This document shows positions 8,706 to 11,459 of a stretch of DNA of 11,459 bases, piece by piece. Position 1 is the stretch's first letter. Each line of letters opens with the position of its first letter. The position numbers were made by a program, and so were the translations under genes. Source of the DNA: a bacterium (GTDB lineage Bacteria; SAR324; NAC60-12); the NCBI GenBank assembly GCA_965233585.1, contig CBDDTI010000261.1, forward strand, positions 1 to 11,459. The letters are read 5' to 3'. The notes under the pieces were generated by a model, which made no database searches, was not told the DNA's origin, and saw only the letters and a list, made by a program, of their open reading frames with translations.

Positions 8706-9385
8706 TGGGCTAACTGGGTTTTCATTACTTGAAAAAACTCACAAAAGAGGTGAGTTATCTTGATTGGTTTGTTCAGTGAGTTGATTGCCTTTCATCGTAT
8801 TTTAGTGCGAAGTGCTATTGAGGTTATGATAATAGGAAAGATACTTCAAGTTAGCGAAATGCTACTTCCTGATCAAAAAACGTGGCACAATATGGCCGTA
8901 ACCAAATCCCGTTAAACGTCTTATTGTTAACTCCTTTAACTTCGTGTAGGGGTAACTGGGAGCGCACATGAACTCTCTTGCAGAGTACGGGAGGCAAGTG
9001 GCCGTTTGAAAATATTAAGAAATTGCCTTTTTCCCATGCCACAGAGATTTCTGTGTTATCTATCATGTTTTGGTCCTTTGCATATTCTAGGGGGGAAGGG
9101 GAAAAGTTTCGTTTTTGAGCGCAACATCAAAAATATAGATGGCGACGTTTGTCGTGGTTTTCTTCTAGAATGGAAAGTTCTGTACTTTTAGAACCAAACC
9201 ACACCTTTAAAGAGATCGCCATGGTAAGGTTAAAGCATCAAAGAAGACTCTACCGATGGTTAAGAGGGTGGAGCAATTATATCGTCCTTCGGGTTGCATG
9301 AAGGTCTGAATCAAAGGTCTTAACCAAACCCGAGTTACAGAGCACTGTGGGCAAGTTTTTAATGTTTGTATGTAGTTTGGACTTT

Positions 9386-9410
9386 TAGAATAGAATAGAA
9401 TAGAATAGAA
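9386..9410. repeat. (TAGAA)5 microsatellite, possibly the (TTCTA)n tail of a minus-strand retroposon
   Basis: Five perfect units. On the minus strand they follow ACTAAAG (AATAAA-like), a small TAGCT...AGCTA hairpin and a T-rich tract. Confidence 0.9.
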
Positions 9411-9802
9411 CTTTAGTTTACGTTGCACTCCGCTTAGCTAAAAGCTACTTTACAGGAAGCCCACAAATAAACAGATAAATTACAAAAAGCAAAGAAAAGA
9501 TAAAATTTAGCTAACAATCTAAAAATTTAAGAATCTAATTTTTTTTCTCTACGGTATGGAAATATTGCTAGTTAAATCAAATGTAATCGTTTAGTAAAAT
9601 AAGCATCCTCTCCTAGAGAAATTGGTTTGGTGTTACTTACATACACGTTTCAGCCGACGTTTGCGATCTGCACAGATAAACAAGAAAGAATATTATAGCA
9701 CAAATAAACTCTTCCTCATTTGCACTTGAAGAAAAACTCAAATTACATATACTTTCAACACACTTCTAATTCAACAAAATTAGTTTCGCTGTAACAGCAG
9801 CC

Positions 9803-9838
<36 letters not shown>

Positions 9839-10121
9839 ACGTTCCGTTGGTCGCGTGTAACAGAGTTTCAAAAGAAACACTCTGCACGCCCAACCTTCTC
9901 ACTTACATTCTGTGCGCGCAACGTAATTAAAATTTAAATTCAAGTTTAAGCGCATGCTCCGTGTAAAGAGGCACCCGTTTTCTCCCCGCATCAAATGCCA
10001 ATGAATGGGCTATCCTCAATACACCAATAGCACAGCTCTCGGGATGCGGAAATAATATACTTTTGGAGGACGTTTATATCCAAGTCACTATTTTCCATGC
10101 ACGATCTTTATCTCGTTCACC

Positions 10122-10420
<299 letters not shown>

Positions 10421-11289
10421 TATTATAATACGGTATTACAGATTTTAGTCTCATAGCCGCCATTAATTAAGTGAAGTTTGCTGACTTCGCACTTTCCGTT
10501 CGGAACCGCTCGCCTCTTTCTCTGATTACGCAAATATCAATTCGATGATTATTCCTTTTGGCAATAATTTCCACTATAGCACTAGCCAGATTTTGTGACT
10601 TCAACGAGCGTGAATCTATAGAATTATTGGACATTTATTACAAATGACAACAACTTCTCTAAAAAAGCTTTCATAGAAAGCTGACCAATCTTTATTGTCT
10701 TTCACTTTGTCGAGCCCAGTGCAGCTTCTTCTCACAAACTAAGCTTATCTTGAAATTCAAACTTTCTCGTCCTCCTTCTTCACAGAGGGAATAAATGAAG
10801 ATAAAACTCTCCAGTCAAAAAACAAAAATGAAAAACCCAATGCCGCGGTTTTAAACAATTGTTCCTGTTCATTAATGGGCCCAACGCAAGATAATTTAAA
10901 ACAATTATCTTTAATACAAACGGAAGTTCGATGTGTGGTTCAACCGTGTCGCTCCCTCTCGACGACACTAATAACATTAAACTTATCAAGTATATATGTG
11001 GAACAAAATGTATTGAAATAAGCAAATGTAAAAAGTTGACAGACAACGATATCAACCATTTTCCAGATTGAATTGTCTGTTATTCTTTTCATTCACACCA
11101 AAAGCAATTTTAAGTAGCTCATAATATGTGTTCACCTGAGTCCAGTTGTCCAGCTGAACAATGCTACTCGATGTTTTTGCGAGCTTTCAAATTTAAGGGA
11201 AAAAAGATAAACACTACACTTTACTACGAAGTTAAAACACTTGAATGAAAAATTAACTCTGATCCTCAATAGCGCTTTAAACAACAAAC

Positions 11290-11403
11290 CTTGGTGTCTC
11301 TTGATCAGTAAAAATATTAGGTTGAAAGTGGTGTCACTGGGTATAGAAACATAAGTACTGTCTTGGTTGCTACTAGTTTCGTGAGCCTTGAAAAGTAAGT
11401 CCT
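11290..11403 (-). CDS. Candidate 114-nt internal exon (phase 1-1), DLLFKAHETSSNQDSTYVSIPSDTTFNLIFLLIKRHQ
   Basis: Strong acceptor TTCTTCTTCTTTATTCACTTTTAG, donor AAG|GTTTGT, length divisible by 3, and only one of three frames open. Product not recognised. Confidence 0.3.
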
Positions 11404-11459
11404 CTAAAAGTGAATAAAGAAGAAGAATCTTACGCGAAAGGTGAATTTATCAACATGAC

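Noticed and set aside
10780..11055. 91-aa hydrophobic minus-strand ORF
   Set aside because: Non-ATG start, and the composition reflects T-rich DNA; no domain recognised.

Overview
This is AT-rich eukaryotic DNA with no convincing long ORF; the listed six-frame ORFs are short, and many run through repeats. The window is a dense mosaic of non-autonomous DNA transposons (MITE- and foldback-like), probable retroposon 3' tails and microsatellites, plus a few weak exon candidates. From memory, the repeat styles resemble those of cnidarian (stony coral or anemone) genomes; this is an inference, not a search result. The clearest element is a 453-bp MITE with an intact 8-bp target-site duplication (71-523), and two older relatives are also present. 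The most unusual signal is three long palindromes with different arm sequences (2985-3175, 3178-3292, 10127-10242). On one strand only, each folds into the same apex: tandem G.A pairs (CGAG/CGAG), a short stem whose sequence varies while pairing is kept, and a GNA/GNNA mini-loop. This suggests a mobile-element family selected for single-stranded DNA structure. No enzyme for it is encoded in the window.
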